A stretch of 64,000 nucleotides of DNA from an uncultured Gammaproteobacteria bacterium. Lineage in GTDB: Bacteria; Patescibacteriota; Patescibacteriia; Patescibacteriales; GWC2-42-12. Positions within the stretch are counted from its first letter, which is position 1. The number at the start of each line of letters is the position of its first letter. Shown here piece after piece: positions 27,143 to 35,331 of the stretch. The translations under genes and the position numbers were made by a program. The notes beneath the pieces were generated by a model. The model saw only the letters and a list, made by a program, of their open reading frames with translations. It was not told where the DNA came from and did not search any database. The DNA lies in the NCBI GenBank assembly GCA_964467155.1, contig CAYXNZ010000005.1, forward strand, positions 2,059 to 66,058. Reading direction: 5' to 3'.

Positions 27143-28369
27143 ATGCTATTCCCAGATCTATTACAAGAAACATATTTTGCTTTATCTGCCAATAAATCAC
27201 GTTCAGCTTTAACAATACTTGGAATTGTTATTGGTATTGGTTCGGTAATATCCATGATTTCTATTGGACAAGGTGCAGCTAAAAATATTGAAGAGAATAT
27301 ACAATCTCTCGGATCAAATCTATTGGTTGTCATGCCTGGTTCGCAAGGAGGTGTTGGTTCAATGGTTAAGGGTGGTATGGGTTCGGCTGATACATTAACC
27401 ATGGAAGATGCAGAAGCTATAAAAGAACAAATTGAATACGTAGAAGAAATAGCTCCCTATGTATCATCCAAAAAACAAGTTAAAACTACACAGGGTACTA
27501 ATACAAATACTAGTATTTATGGAGTAACCGAAGCATATACAACAGTAAAAAATATTGAAATTGAGCTAGGTAATTTTTTAAATACTGTCCAAGTTGATAA
27601 AAATTCTAAGGTAGCAGTAATTGGACCAACTACTCGAGACGATTTATTTGGTGAAACGATCGACCCAACTGGACAAAAAATTAGGATTGATAATTTAGAA
27701 TTTACAATTATTGGCATGACCACTAGTAAAGGTAGCTCTGGAATGGGTAATTCTGATGATTTAATCTATATCCCAATTTCCACTGCTCAACGATATTTAA
27801 CGGGAAATGATTCTGTGAGCACTATAAACATCCAAGTTGCAGATGCAGAAATGATGACAATTGTTGAAGAGAAAATTACCAATTTACTTTTAGATAGACA
27901 TAATATCGCTGATGCCACTCAAGCTGATTTTAGCATCATGAACCAAGCCAATATTATAAATACCATGACATCAGTCACGGACACTCTAACATTACTTCTT
28001 GGCGCTATTGCTGGAATTTCTCTTCTGGTTGGTGGTATCGGCATAATGAATATGATGCTAACTACAGTTACAGAAAGAACCAGAGAAATCGGTTTACGCA
28101 AATCACTAGGAGCCAAAAATAAAGATATTAGCACGCAATTCTTAGCTGAATCTATTGCCCTAACTTTTATCGGTGGGTTTATTGGCATTATATTCGGCTA
28201 TATTGCCTCTATTTTAATTACTAAATTTTCCGGCACTACCACAAGTATTAGTGCTAACTCAATTTATTTGGCTTTTGGAGTTTCAGCTGCTATCGGCATT
28301 ATCTTCGGCTATTACCCTGCTCGAAGGGCAGCTAAGCTGAACCCAATTGAAGCTTTAAGATATGAATAA
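27143..28369 (+). CDS. ABC transporter permease (MacB-type: periplasmic core domain + FtsX-like 4-TM domain)
   Basis: 408 aa with a TM1-large periplasmic domain-3 TM layout. The C-terminal FtsX-family motif is TERTREIGLRKSLGA. Confidence 0.85.
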   Translation: MLFPDLLQETYFALSANKSRSALTILGIVIGIGSVISMISIGQGAAKNIEENIQSLGSNLLVVMPGSQGGVGSMVKGGMGSADTLTMEDAEAIKEQIEYVEEIAPYVSSKKQVKTTQGTNTNTSIYGVTEAYTTVKNIEIELGNFLNTVQVDKNSKVAVIGPTTRDDLFGETIDPTGQKIRIDNLEFTIIGMTTSKGSSGMGNSDDLIYIPISTAQRYLTGNDSVSTINIQVADAEMMTIVEEKITNLLLDRHNIADATQADFSIMNQANIINTMTSVTDTLTLLLGAIAGISLLVGGIGIMNMMLTTVTERTREIGLRKSLGAKNKDISTQFLAESIALTFIGGFIGIIFGYIASILITKFSGTTTSISANSIYLAFGVSAAIGIIFGYYPARRAAKLNPIEALRYE

Positions 28370-29024
28370 AATAAACATTATGTTTACAAAAAAAAGTCTT
28401 TTTATTATTCCTTGTTTAGCTATTACTCTAATATTTTTTACGGGTTGTGCAACAAAAAATAAAGTTAACGAAGATATTCAAGAAAATCACAGCCAAACAG
28501 AAACAAAAGATTCAAATGCCCCAGCCAATACTTTTGGCAATAACCTTGAGGAAGCTAATTTAGACGATTTAACAATCGGCCAAAAAATTATAGTTATGGC
28601 AACCGAAGATTCTGACGGTAATGCATCTGCCAATCAAATTCTTATCGGCAACGCAGAAACTGATTTTAAAAAATTTAATCAAATGGCGCGACCAAAAATC
28701 CAGACCGTAGAAAATAACGTTGAATCAAAAACAATAACTCACCCAACTAATATGCCAGACAGGCAAAATTTTGAACAATTTCAAAATATGACCGAAGAAG
28801 ATCGTGCTAAATTGCGAGAAAAAATGCAAGCCAACAACGTGAATAAGGGTACTAAAACGTTTAGTACTAAACAAGCTATAACTCGATTTATAGGAGAAAT
28901 TATAAAAAAAGATAAAACTAGTTTAACCATAAAGCTTGATGTTGGTGGCTCTAAATTAATATTTTTTTCCACAGATACTAAAGTCAATATTATAAAAATA
29001 GAAGCAGAAAATCAATCAAAATAA
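28362..29024 (+). CDS. Lipoprotein (hypothetical)
   Basis: Signal peptide with a lipobox-like FFTGC. Its start overlaps the permease stop. Confidence 0.6.
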   Translation: MNKINIMFTKKSLFIIPCLAITLIFFTGCATKNKVNEDIQENHSQTETKDSNAPANTFGNNLEEANLDDLTIGQKIIVMATEDSDGNASANQILIGNAETDFKKFNQMARPKIQTVENNVESKTITHPTNMPDRQNFEQFQNMTEEDRAKLREKMQANNVNKGTKTFSTKQAITRFIGEIIKKDKTSLTIKLDVGGSKLIFFSTDTKVNIIKIEAENQSK

Positions 29025-29092
29025 TGAAAGAAAAAATTTAAAAATGCGTATTAAGTAGTAGGTACCTAATTAATTATTAAGTCTACAAAAAT

Positions 29093-29683
29093 ATGAATAA
29101 TACAATTTGGCGAATGAGTGCCGTTGCGTTAGCAATCGTCGCTACCACAGCAATCGTCGCTGGCGCAACATACGCTAAAGATAACGAAATGTTTGGCAAA
29201 AACCTTAGACCTAATTCAGAGAATATGCAAGCTGTTAAAACAGCCCTAGCTAACAACGATTATAGCGCTTGGCTAGAAGCTATCGATACAGACAGCCCAA
29301 CGGCAAAAAAAATTACTGAGGAAAATTTTCCTAAATTAATTGAAATCAATGAGCTACGCAACCAAATCAACGCATTAGAAGAAGAATTAAAATTAACTCC
29401 TAGTAGGGGCACTATGGATGCCAACCAACCAAATTTCCGCGGTCCGAGAGCAGGCGGAGATATGGCAAAAAACATGGAAGTCGCTAAAACAGCATTGGAT
29501 AATAATGATTACACTGCTTGGCTAGAAACTGTTGGCACAGATAGCCCAATAGCAGAAAAAATTACAGTAGAAAACTTCCCTAAATTAGTTGAAGCGCACA
29601 ATTTAATGCAGGCTGGTAATTTTGAAGAAGCCAGACAAATCAGAAGTGATCTAGGCTTAAATCAAGGACACAACAGAAAATAA
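29093..29683 (+). CDS. Secreted protein with two ~70-aa internal repeats (hypothetical)
   Basis: Signal peptide. The repeat ALANNDYSAWLEAIDTDSPTAKKITEENFPKLIEINEL recurs as ALDNNDYTAWLETVGTDSPIAEKITVENFPKLVEAHNL. Confidence 0.6.
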   Translation: MNNTIWRMSAVALAIVATTAIVAGATYAKDNEMFGKNLRPNSENMQAVKTALANNDYSAWLEAIDTDSPTAKKITEENFPKLIEINELRNQINALEEELKLTPSRGTMDANQPNFRGPRAGGDMAKNMEVAKTALDNNDYTAWLETVGTDSPIAEKITVENFPKLVEAHNLMQAGNFEEARQIRSDLGLNQGHNRK

Positions 29684-29790
29684 TATATTTAAAACAAGCA
29701 TGGAGATTCCATAAAAAAATCGCTAGGGTAAAACCGAAGCGGTTTTTTTATTTAGCTATATTTTTGTTGTTTTAACTCTTTTTTTATCTC

Positions 29791-29819
29791 TTGACAAATT
29801 CCTATTTTGGGTATATACT
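29791..29819 (+). promoter_or_regulatory. Canonical sigma-70 promoter of the DUF5320-DUF134-metal cluster
   Basis: TTGACA (29791-96), a 17-nt spacer, then TATACT (29814-19). It lies 28 nt upstream of the ATG at 29847. Confidence 0.6.
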
Positions 29820-29846
29820 CATAATATAATTATTAAATATAAATTT

Positions 29847-30086
29847 ATGCCTGGATTTAATGGAACTGGCCCAAGAGGCACAGGAGCTGGCAGCGGTCGA
29901 GGTTTAGGACCTTGCGGAGCTGGTCAAGGACGTGGATTTTTTGGTCGCGGTTTTGGCAGAGGTGTTGGCCAATTTTTCGGAGGGAATTCCAATTCTAATG
30001 TAAGCAAAGAAGATCAATTGTCAGGACTTGAAGAAGAAAAGAAATACTTAGAGGAAGAAATTAACAGCCTCAAAGACAAAAAATAA
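29847..30086 (+). CDS. DUF5320-family small protein
   Basis: MPGFNGTGPRGTGAGSGRGLGPCGAG... Gly-rich N-terminus with a single Cys, followed by a C-terminal coiled coil, as in DUF5320. Confidence 0.7.
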   Translation: MPGFNGTGPRGTGAGSGRGLGPCGAGQGRGFFGRGFGRGVGQFFGGNSNSNVSKEDQLSGLEEEKKYLEEEINSLKDKK

Positions 30087-30092
30087 ACCACT

Positions 30093-30128
30093 CCCCTCCT
30101 TCACGGGAGGGGTGTTGTGTTTATTTTT
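30093..30128 (+). terminator. Terminator/attenuator-like hairpin between the DUF5320 and DUF134 genes
   Basis: cccctcc-ttcacg-ggagggg followed by the T-rich tgttgtgtttattttt. Confidence 0.45.
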
Positions 30129-30149
30129 AACTAATAATGAATCTAAATT

Positions 30150-30425
30150 ATGCCTAGACCAAGAATGTGTCGGCGCATCAATTTTCGCCCCAAAGCTAGT
30201 ATTTTTAAACCTCAAGGTGTTCCCTTGAGATTTTTGGATTATATAACCGTCACCCATGAAGAAATGGAATCATTGCGTTTGAAATATATTGAAAACCTTG
30301 ATCAGGAAACATCCGCCAAACAAATGAAAACATCACAAAGTACTTTTCAACGAATTCTTGCGTCAGCGAACAAAAAAACAGCTAAAGCATTGATTGAAGG
30401 GAAAGCTATTAGCATGGTTAAATAA
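30150..30425 (+). CDS. DUF134 (UPF0251) predicted DNA-binding protein
   Basis: MPRPRMCRRINFRPKASIFKPQGVP...EEMESLRLKYIENLDQETSAKQMKTSQSTFQRIL matches the DUF134 N-terminal MPRP..CR..FKP motif and HTH. Confidence 0.8.
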   Translation: MPRPRMCRRINFRPKASIFKPQGVPLRFLDYITVTHEEMESLRLKYIENLDQETSAKQMKTSQSTFQRILASANKKTAKALIEGKAISMVK

Positions 30426-30444
30426 TCAATGTTATAATAAAGAT

Positions 30445-31677
30445 ATGCTAAACGCGAAAAATCTTTCATTATTATCAGCTTTAACTAATTTAGTTTTAGC
30501 TTTAGCGAAATTTTTTATCGGTTTTCTAACCCATAGCATGGCTATTATGGCCGATGCTCTTCATTCCAGTCTTGATGTAATTTCTTCTCTGGTTGCTTAT
30601 GTTGGAATAAAAATATCAGGCAAACCAGCTGATAGTCAACATCCCTATGGAAAGGAAAAATATGAAAGCCTAGCTAGTTTTATAATTGTTTTATTGCTTT
30701 TTTTATCGGCTGGCTGGATTCTTTTTGAGGCAGTTGACAATATTTTAAAAAAAGAACACATAGCTATTTTCAGTTTTTGGGGAATCGGTTTAATCGCCTT
30801 GACGATTGTTATAAACGAAATAATGGCCAGACTTAAGTTTACTGTTGGTAATAAATATTCGTCTCTAGCTTTAGTATCTGACGCCGAACATTCAAGAGCT
30901 GACGCCATATCTTCTGTTGGCGTGTTAATCGGATTATTTTTTATAAAATTTTACCCGCTAGCTGATAGTATTCTAGCGATTTTGGTTTCATTTTATATTT
31001 TTTATGAGGCTTACCACTTAAGCAGAGAAGCCATTGACTCTTTAGTTGATAAAGCTAATCCTGAGTTGGAGGAAAAAATCAGAAAATTCTTAGAAAAAAA
31101 TAATTTTAAATTTTCCGAAATAAAAACAAGAAAAATTAGCGCTAATAGTTTAGCAGAAATATCCCTGCTCTGTGATGCCAAGGCAAAAATAGAAGAAATA
31201 ACTTTAATGACAGAAAAGCTTGAAAAAAAATTAATTGACTATATCCCAAATCTTAAACAAGTAACCATAAAAGTAAAATCTCATAAATATTCAAGGGGTT
31301 CTATCCGACCAGGTTTTGGCAGAAGATTGAGGTTTTTAGACGCTGGGCAACTACGAGCACCCTTAGAAAAAGGCCAACGTATACTAATCCCTTTGATTGA
31401 TAATAAAATAGCTGACAAATTCGGTGTAGCCGACTATTTATTAATAGAAATTGATTCTGACAAAAAAATCATCAAAAAACAAAAGATAACCAACCCTTAT
31501 TATGACATAGAAGCAGGCGCCCATGGATCTAAATTTATAAAATCAATTTCTGCCGACAAAATAATAGCCAAACATATAGGCGATAGTGCCAAGGCTAATC
31601 TAAAAGCACAAAAAATTGAAATAGAAATAGTTGGAGAAGATAAAAACATAGAAACTATCTTGTCTAGATTTAAATAA
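30445..31677 (+). CDS. Cation diffusion facilitator (CDF) transporter fused to a C-terminal NifB/NifX-like (FeMo-cofactor-binding fold) domain
   Basis: CDF motifs HSMAIMADALHSSLDVISS and DAEHSRADAISS in a 6-TM core, plus the cytoplasmic CDF domain. The last ~105 aa (RILIPLIDNKIADKFGVADYLLIEID...IIAKHIGDSAKANLKAQKIEIEIV) follow the NifX-like pattern. The start is set to the ATG at 30445 rather than the TTG at 30394. Confidence 0.75.
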   Translation: MLNAKNLSLLSALTNLVLALAKFFIGFLTHSMAIMADALHSSLDVISSLVAYVGIKISGKPADSQHPYGKEKYESLASFIIVLLLFLSAGWILFEAVDNILKKEHIAIFSFWGIGLIALTIVINEIMARLKFTVGNKYSSLALVSDAEHSRADAISSVGVLIGLFFIKFYPLADSILAILVSFYIFYEAYHLSREAIDSLVDKANPELEEKIRKFLEKNNFKFSEIKTRKISANSLAEISLLCDAKAKIEEITLMTEKLEKKLIDYIPNLKQVTIKVKSHKYSRGSIRPGFGRRLRFLDAGQLRAPLEKGQRILIPLIDNKIADKFGVADYLLIEIDSDKKIIKKQKITNPYYDIEAGAHGSKFIKSISADKIIAKHIGDSAKANLKAQKIEIEIVGEDKNIETILSRFK

Positions 31678-31692
31678 TATAATTTATAATTT

Positions 31693-32067
31693 ATGAAAAT
31701 TTGCATTTCTTCAACCGGACCAAACATTTCCGACCAAGTAGACCCTCGCTTTGGCAGATGCCAATATTTTTTAATTTTTGACACTGAAACAAAAAAAACT
31801 GAAGCTATCTCTAATCAAGGTGTCAGACAAGGCAGTGGCGCCGGCGTCAGTGCGGGCCAATTAGTAGCTGACAAAAACGTTGAAGCTATTATTACTGGGA
31901 ATATCGGTCCAAACGCCTTTACGGTTCTCGGGCAAGTCAAAGTAAAAATATATGCCGGTGTTTTTGATTTATCTTGCGAAGAAGCATTAAAAAAATTCCA
32001 AGCCAATGATTTAACTGAAACTTCTGGAGCAACTGGACCTGGTCAACATGAACACGAACCAGAATAA
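31693..32067 (+). CDS. NifB/NifX-family (dinitrogenase FeMo-cofactor-binding fold) stand-alone protein
   Basis: MKICISSTGPN..VDPRFGRCQYFLIFDTE...AIITGNIGPNAFTVLGQVKVKIYAG is the typical family pattern. Confidence 0.8.
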   Translation: MKICISSTGPNISDQVDPRFGRCQYFLIFDTETKKTEAISNQGVRQGSGAGVSAGQLVADKNVEAIITGNIGPNAFTVLGQVKVKIYAGVFDLSCEEALKKFQANDLTETSGATGPGQHEHEPE

Positions 32068-32104
32068 TTAAAAGGCCGATCTGGCTCTGGACACAATAAA
32101 TAAT

Positions 32105-32929
32105 ATGAAAAAAATTGCAATTACTGGCGGTAAAGGTGGCACGGGAAAATCTACCTTTGCCGTTCTCTTTGCCAATAAACTTATAAAAAAAGATAAAAAA
32201 ATCTTTTTGGTTGATTGTGATATTGAATGTCCCAATCTTCATCTCTTAATTGGCAAAAGAATTGGCAAAGCACAAAAAAAAGTTTATACCCAAAAACCAG
32301 TTATTGATAAAAATAAATGCCAAAAATGTGGCTTATGTGTTAAGAATTGTCGCAACAATGCAATTTTCATGCCCTCTGGAAAATATCCCATTATTTTGGA
32401 ACATTTATGTTCAAGTTGTGGTGCTTGTTGGCTAACCTGTCCACATGAAGCCATAAAAACCAAGAAAGAAGAAATTGGTAAAATCCATTTAAATAAAATA
32501 AGTCCAAAATTAACTTTAATCACCGGCGTAGCTAAACCAGCGCTTGAAGATACTTCAGCTGTCGTCAAACAACTCAAGGATTTTACTTTAGATTTAGCTC
32601 GCAAAAACAAAATTGATTATATAATTTACGACACAGCTGCCGGCACACATTGTCCAGTTGTCGTTGCATTGCTTGATAATGATTTAACTTATGTTGTAAC
32701 AGAACCAACTCCTTTGGGAGCACATGATCTTGATCTTATTTTACAATTAATAAAAAAAATTAAAATAAAGAGCAAAATTGTTTTAAACCAAGCTGATTTA
32801 GGAAAAACTGATTCCACTCTTAAAATATTAAAAAAACACAAAATAGCAAAAATTGATATAAAAATCCCCTACTCAAAAAAAATAGTAAAACATTATTCCA
32901 CAGGTAGTATGCTTAACTGTTCAATATGA
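32105..32929 (+). CDS. MinD/ParA-type P-loop ATPase with inserted 2x[4Fe-4S] ferredoxin domain
   Basis: Deviant Walker A GGKGGTGKST. Two CxxCxxCxxxC motifs (CQKCGLCVKNC, CSSCGACWLTC). Confidence 0.85.
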   Translation: MKKIAITGGKGGTGKSTFAVLFANKLIKKDKKIFLVDCDIECPNLHLLIGKRIGKAQKKVYTQKPVIDKNKCQKCGLCVKNCRNNAIFMPSGKYPIILEHLCSSCGACWLTCPHEAIKTKKEEIGKIHLNKISPKLTLITGVAKPALEDTSAVVKQLKDFTLDLARKNKIDYIIYDTAAGTHCPVVVALLDNDLTYVVTEPTPLGAHDLDLILQLIKKIKIKSKIVLNQADLGKTDSTLKILKKHKIAKIDIKIPYSKKIVKHYSTGSMLNCSI

Positions 32930-33516
32930 AACAAAGTCCCCAGCTAAAAAAAATAAAAGATGAAGTCATCTCTTGTCAAAAATGCCCGCTTTATAAAACC
33001 AGAAATATGCCGGTTATCGGACAAGGCAATCATGAAGCTGATATTATGTTTATCGGAGAAGCGCCGGGTGCTAATGAAGACCGAACAGGCTTCCCTTTTT
33101 GTGGTCGTGCTGGCGACATTCTTGATCGTTTGTTGACTTCTGCCAATCTCAAAAGAGAAGATATCTATATTGCCAATATATTAAAATGTCGTCCACCAGC
33201 TAATCGTAATCCGGATAAAAATGAAATTAAAGCCTGCTCTCTATATCTTCAAAAACAAATTGAATCAATCAAACCAAAACTAATTTGTACCTTAGGTAAT
33301 TTTGCCACTGCTTTCATATTTGAGCAATATGGTCTAAACGAAAAAATACAAGGCATAGGCAAGCTTCATGGATTATTGCATAAAACAAATGGAATATCTA
33401 TTATGCCTCTTTATCATCCAGCTGTTGCTACCTATAACGCAAATATGATTGAACTTTTGATTGAAGATTTTAAAAAAATTAAACTACGCACCGATCTTGT
33501 CGGTGGAATTAGTTAA
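32926..33516 (+). CDS. Uracil-DNA glycosylase, family 4 (4Fe-4S type)
   Basis: CQKCPL...GEAPGANEDRTGFPFCGRAG...C..PP.NR ... LYHPA motifs. ATGA overlap with the upstream ATPase gene. Confidence 0.85.
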   Translation: MKQSPQLKKIKDEVISCQKCPLYKTRNMPVIGQGNHEADIMFIGEAPGANEDRTGFPFCGRAGDILDRLLTSANLKREDIYIANILKCRPPANRNPDKNEIKACSLYLQKQIESIKPKLICTLGNFATAFIFEQYGLNEKIQGIGKLHGLLHKTNGISIMPLYHPAVATYNANMIELLIEDFKKIKLRTDLVGGIS

Positions 33517-33554
33517 TTAACGAACTTCGTTCTTGATACTAACAACTTTTTTTC

Positions 33555-33660
33555 CTGTCATTCTGGAATGGAGCGAAGCGAAATGATAGAATCTAAACCG
33601 AACAGTGTTTTAATGTTTGACTATCGGCAGAGTCCTCTGCGAGAGACTCTGCCACAACTG
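33555..33660. repeat. GC-rich hairpin modules (gtcattctgg...agaatc type and a 9-bp perfect hairpin)
   Basis: ctgtcattctggaatggagcgaagcgaaatgatagaatc and ggcagagtc-ctctgcgaga-gactctgcc. The gtcattc motif recurs at 38088 and 48622. Confidence 0.5.
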
Positions 33661-33692
33661 AAAATTTCTTAAAAAATTAAAACAGACGCAAT

Positions 33693-34430
33693 ATGAGTAT
33701 TTTATCATGGATTATTCTGAGTACTTCGGCCATGAGCCTGATAGCTTTAGTTGGCGTAGTAACGATATTTTTAAATGAACGATTACTTAAAAAAATAATC
33801 TTGCCACTAGTAGCCTTTTCAGCTGGTGCCTTGATGGGTGGCGCTTTTTTACATATGCTACCTGAAGCAATTAATTCTATTGGCCCGAATATTGGAATTT
33901 TTGTTTGGTTAATAGTCGGTTTTTCTCTATTTCTATTACTTGAACAATTCATAAATTGGCATCATTGTCACAAACTACCATCAGAACATAAACGACCAGT
34001 TACTTATTTAATATTGATTGCCGACGGTATTCATAATTTTATCGGTGGTTTAGCTATCGCTGGAGCCTTTCTGGTTGATATAAAAGTCGGCATTATTACT
34101 TGGTTAGCCTGCGCTGCCCATGAAGTACCGCAAGAATTAGGTGATTTTGGAATACTAGTACATGGTGGCTGGAAAAGATCAACCGCTTTAATATTTAATT
34201 TTTTATCAGCCTTAACTATAATACTAGGAGGATTAACCGCTTATTTTATTTCTTTTAAAATAAATGTAGCATTTTTATTACCCTTTGCTGCTGGTAATTT
34301 TATTTATATCGCTGCTTCTGACTTGATTCCAGAAATAAAACATAGTAAAAATATAAAAAACGCCATAATTAATTTTTCTTTTTTCGCCTTGGGTATTTTA
34401 TTACTCTTGGCGGTAAGGTTAATCGCATAA
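33693..34430 (+). CDS. ZIP-family divalent metal transporter (ZupT/GufA-like)
   Basis: HNFIGGLAIAGAF and AHEVPQELGDFGIL signature helices, with ~8 TM. Confidence 0.85.
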   Translation: MSILSWIILSTSAMSLIALVGVVTIFLNERLLKKIILPLVAFSAGALMGGAFLHMLPEAINSIGPNIGIFVWLIVGFSLFLLLEQFINWHHCHKLPSEHKRPVTYLILIADGIHNFIGGLAIAGAFLVDIKVGIITWLACAAHEVPQELGDFGILVHGGWKRSTALIFNFLSALTIILGGLTAYFISFKINVAFLLPFAAGNFIYIAASDLIPEIKHSKNIKNAIINFSFFALGILLLLAVRLIA

Positions 34431-34437
34431 AATCAAA

Positions 34438-35331
34438 ATGAAAAATAAACCATTCAAAATAGCTGTTGCTTCCGGCAAAGGTGGTGTGGGTAAAACTATG
34501 CTCGCGTCGTCTCTAGCTATACTTTTTTCCCGAGCAAAGAAAAAAATAGTTGCCTGTGATTGTGATGTCGACGCACCAAATTTATCGATTTGGCTAAATG
34601 AAACAGGAAAGCCAGAAAAGACTTCAAAATTATCAACTCTTTATAAACCAGAAATTGATCGGAAGAAATGTACAAATTGCGGACTCTGTGCAAGCAATTG
34701 TCGGTTTAACGCTCTGTCTATTTCAAAAAATAAGCTTAAATTTAATTATTTTCTATGTGAAGGTTGTGGCGTCTGCGAATTAATTTGTCCAAACAAAGCC
34801 ATCACATTAAAACCTGTAAATAATGGGGAGATAAAAATAAGAAAAACCAAATACGGCTTTCCTCTAATTAGCGGTCATCTTTTGCCAGGAGAATCCAATT
34901 CTGGCAAAGTGGTAGTTGAGACAAAAAACAAGGCAGAAAAATATAATTATGATATAATGATTATAGATTCAGCTCCAGGCACAGGTTGCCCAGTAATAGC
35001 TTCTCTGCAAGATTCAAATCTTGTTGTTTTAATAACAGAACCAACTCCATCTGCTTTTTCTGATTTAAAAAAAGTCATACAAACTGTTGAATATTTTAAA
35101 TTGCCATATTTAGTCGTAATAAATAAATGGGATATTAATAAAAAATTAAGTAAAAAAATTGAAGCTGAATACAATAATAAACTGCTAGGTAAAATTTCCT
35201 ACGATCAAAAAATTTTTCAAGCAATTTCTGAATTAATACCAATACCGGAAAGCAATCTGCAAGCTAAAAATGAAATAGATTTAATTTTTAATAAAATAAA
35301 AGAAAAAATAAAACAGAATCAATATGTTTAA
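34438..35331 (+). CDS. MinD/ParA-type P-loop ATPase with inserted 2x[4Fe-4S] ferredoxin domain (second paralogue)
   Basis: Deviant Walker A SGKGGVGKT, plus CTNCGLCASNC and CEGCGVCELIC. Confidence 0.85.
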   Translation: MKNKPFKIAVASGKGGVGKTMLASSLAILFSRAKKKIVACDCDVDAPNLSIWLNETGKPEKTSKLSTLYKPEIDRKKCTNCGLCASNCRFNALSISKNKLKFNYFLCEGCGVCELICPNKAITLKPVNNGEIKIRKTKYGFPLISGHLLPGESNSGKVVVETKNKAEKYNYDIMIIDSAPGTGCPVIASLQDSNLVVLITEPTPSAFSDLKKVIQTVEYFKLPYLVVINKWDINKKLSKKIEAEYNNKLLGKISYDQKIFQAISELIPIPESNLQAKNEIDLIFNKIKEKIKQNQYV

